From Eledone cirrhosa (lineage: Eukaryota), in assembly GCA_964016885.1 (NCBI GenBank), contig OZ024750.1, forward strand, positions 41,416,001 through 41,480,000: 64,000 nt of DNA, written 5' to 3'. This document shows positions 63,201 to 64,000 of the stretch, in pieces (position 1 is the stretch's first letter; every line of letters starts with the position of its first letter). A model generated the notes under the pieces. That model saw nothing but the letters and a program-made list of their open reading frames with translations. It had not been told where the DNA came from and did no database searches. Made by a program: the position numbers and the translations under genes.

Positions 63201-64000
63201 GTATATCTCAGCTGTGGTGGGGTGTGACAGACTCTACACCCCAGTCTAGGTGGTATATCTCAGCTGGGAGTGACAGACTCTACACCCCAGTCTAGAGGGT
63301 ATATCTCAGCTGTGGTAAGGAGTGACAGACTCTAGACCCCAGTCTAGGTGGTATATCTCAGCTGTGGTGGGGACTGACAGACTCTACACCCCAGTCTAGG
63401 TGGTATATCTCAGCTGGGAGTGACAGACTCTACACCCCAGTCCAGGTGGTATATTTCAGCTGTGGTAAGGAGTGACAGACTCTACACCCAGGTCTAGGTG
63501 GTATATCTCAGCTGTGGTGGGGAGTGACAGAGTCTACACCCCAGTCTTGGTGGTATATCTCAGCTGTGGCAGGGAGTGACAGACTCTACACCCCAGTCTA
63601 GGTGGTATAACTCAGCTGGGAGTGACAGACTCTACACCCCAGTCTAAATGGTATATCTCAGCTGTGGTAGGCAATGAAAGACTCTACACCCCAGTCTAGG
63701 TGGTATATCTCAGCTGTGGTAGGGAGTAACAGACTCTACACCCCAGTCTAGGTGGTATATCTCAGCTGTGGTGGGGAGTGACAGACTCCACACCCCAGTC
63801 TAGGTGGCATATCTCAGCTGTGGTGGGGACTGACAGACTCTACACCCCAGTCTAGGTGGTACATCTCAGCTGTGGTAGGGGGTGACAGACTCTACACCCC
63901 AGTCTAGGTGGTATATCTCAGCTGTGGTAGGGAGTGACAGACTCTACACCCCAGTCCAGGTGGTATATCTCCACTGTGGTAGGGAGTGACAGACTCTACA
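48300..64000. repeat. 52-bp satellite (GTGACAGACTCTACACCCCAGTCTAGGTGGTATATCTCAGCTGTGGTAGGGA) with a 46-bp variant; runs off the window
   Basis: At least 15.7 kb of tandem array (~300 units) with recurring variant patterns. Confidence 0.98.

Noticed and set aside
48300-64000. CRISPR-like array
   Set aside because: Contiguous tandem monomers without unique spacers, no cas genes, and a eukaryotic context. The same applies to the 42-, 48- and 78-bp arrays.

Overview
Repeat-saturated, AT-rich animal genomic DNA with abundant (TA)n/(CA)n/(GAT)n. The SINE and LINE repertoire resembles an octopus or other coleoid cephalopod, which is an inference. No host gene can be called confidently. Positions 1-12.2 kb hold a head-to-tail array of at least three near-identical Tx1-like (L1-clade) non-LTR retrotransposons on the minus strand: one intact, one with an ORF2 frameshift, one cut by the window edge. 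The copies have no poly(A) tails. They are separated by, and anchored in, sequence homologous to the left end of a TTAA-flanked piggyBac-type MITE, and an empty 197-bp relative of that MITE lies at 47943-48139. Positions 13-48 kb are a mosaic of a deleted DD37D (maT) transposon, tRNA-derived SINEs, RTE fragments, a 5'-truncated Penelope-like element with a GIY-YIG domain, a probable non-autonomous Helitron and several minisatellites. This stretch also carries about a dozen fold-back (inverted-repeat) elements next to (TA)n, many with minimal type I hammerhead ribozyme motifs. Two large satellites are present: a 42/35-bp unit at 15.4-21.3 kb and a 52/46-bp unit from 48.3 kb to the end.
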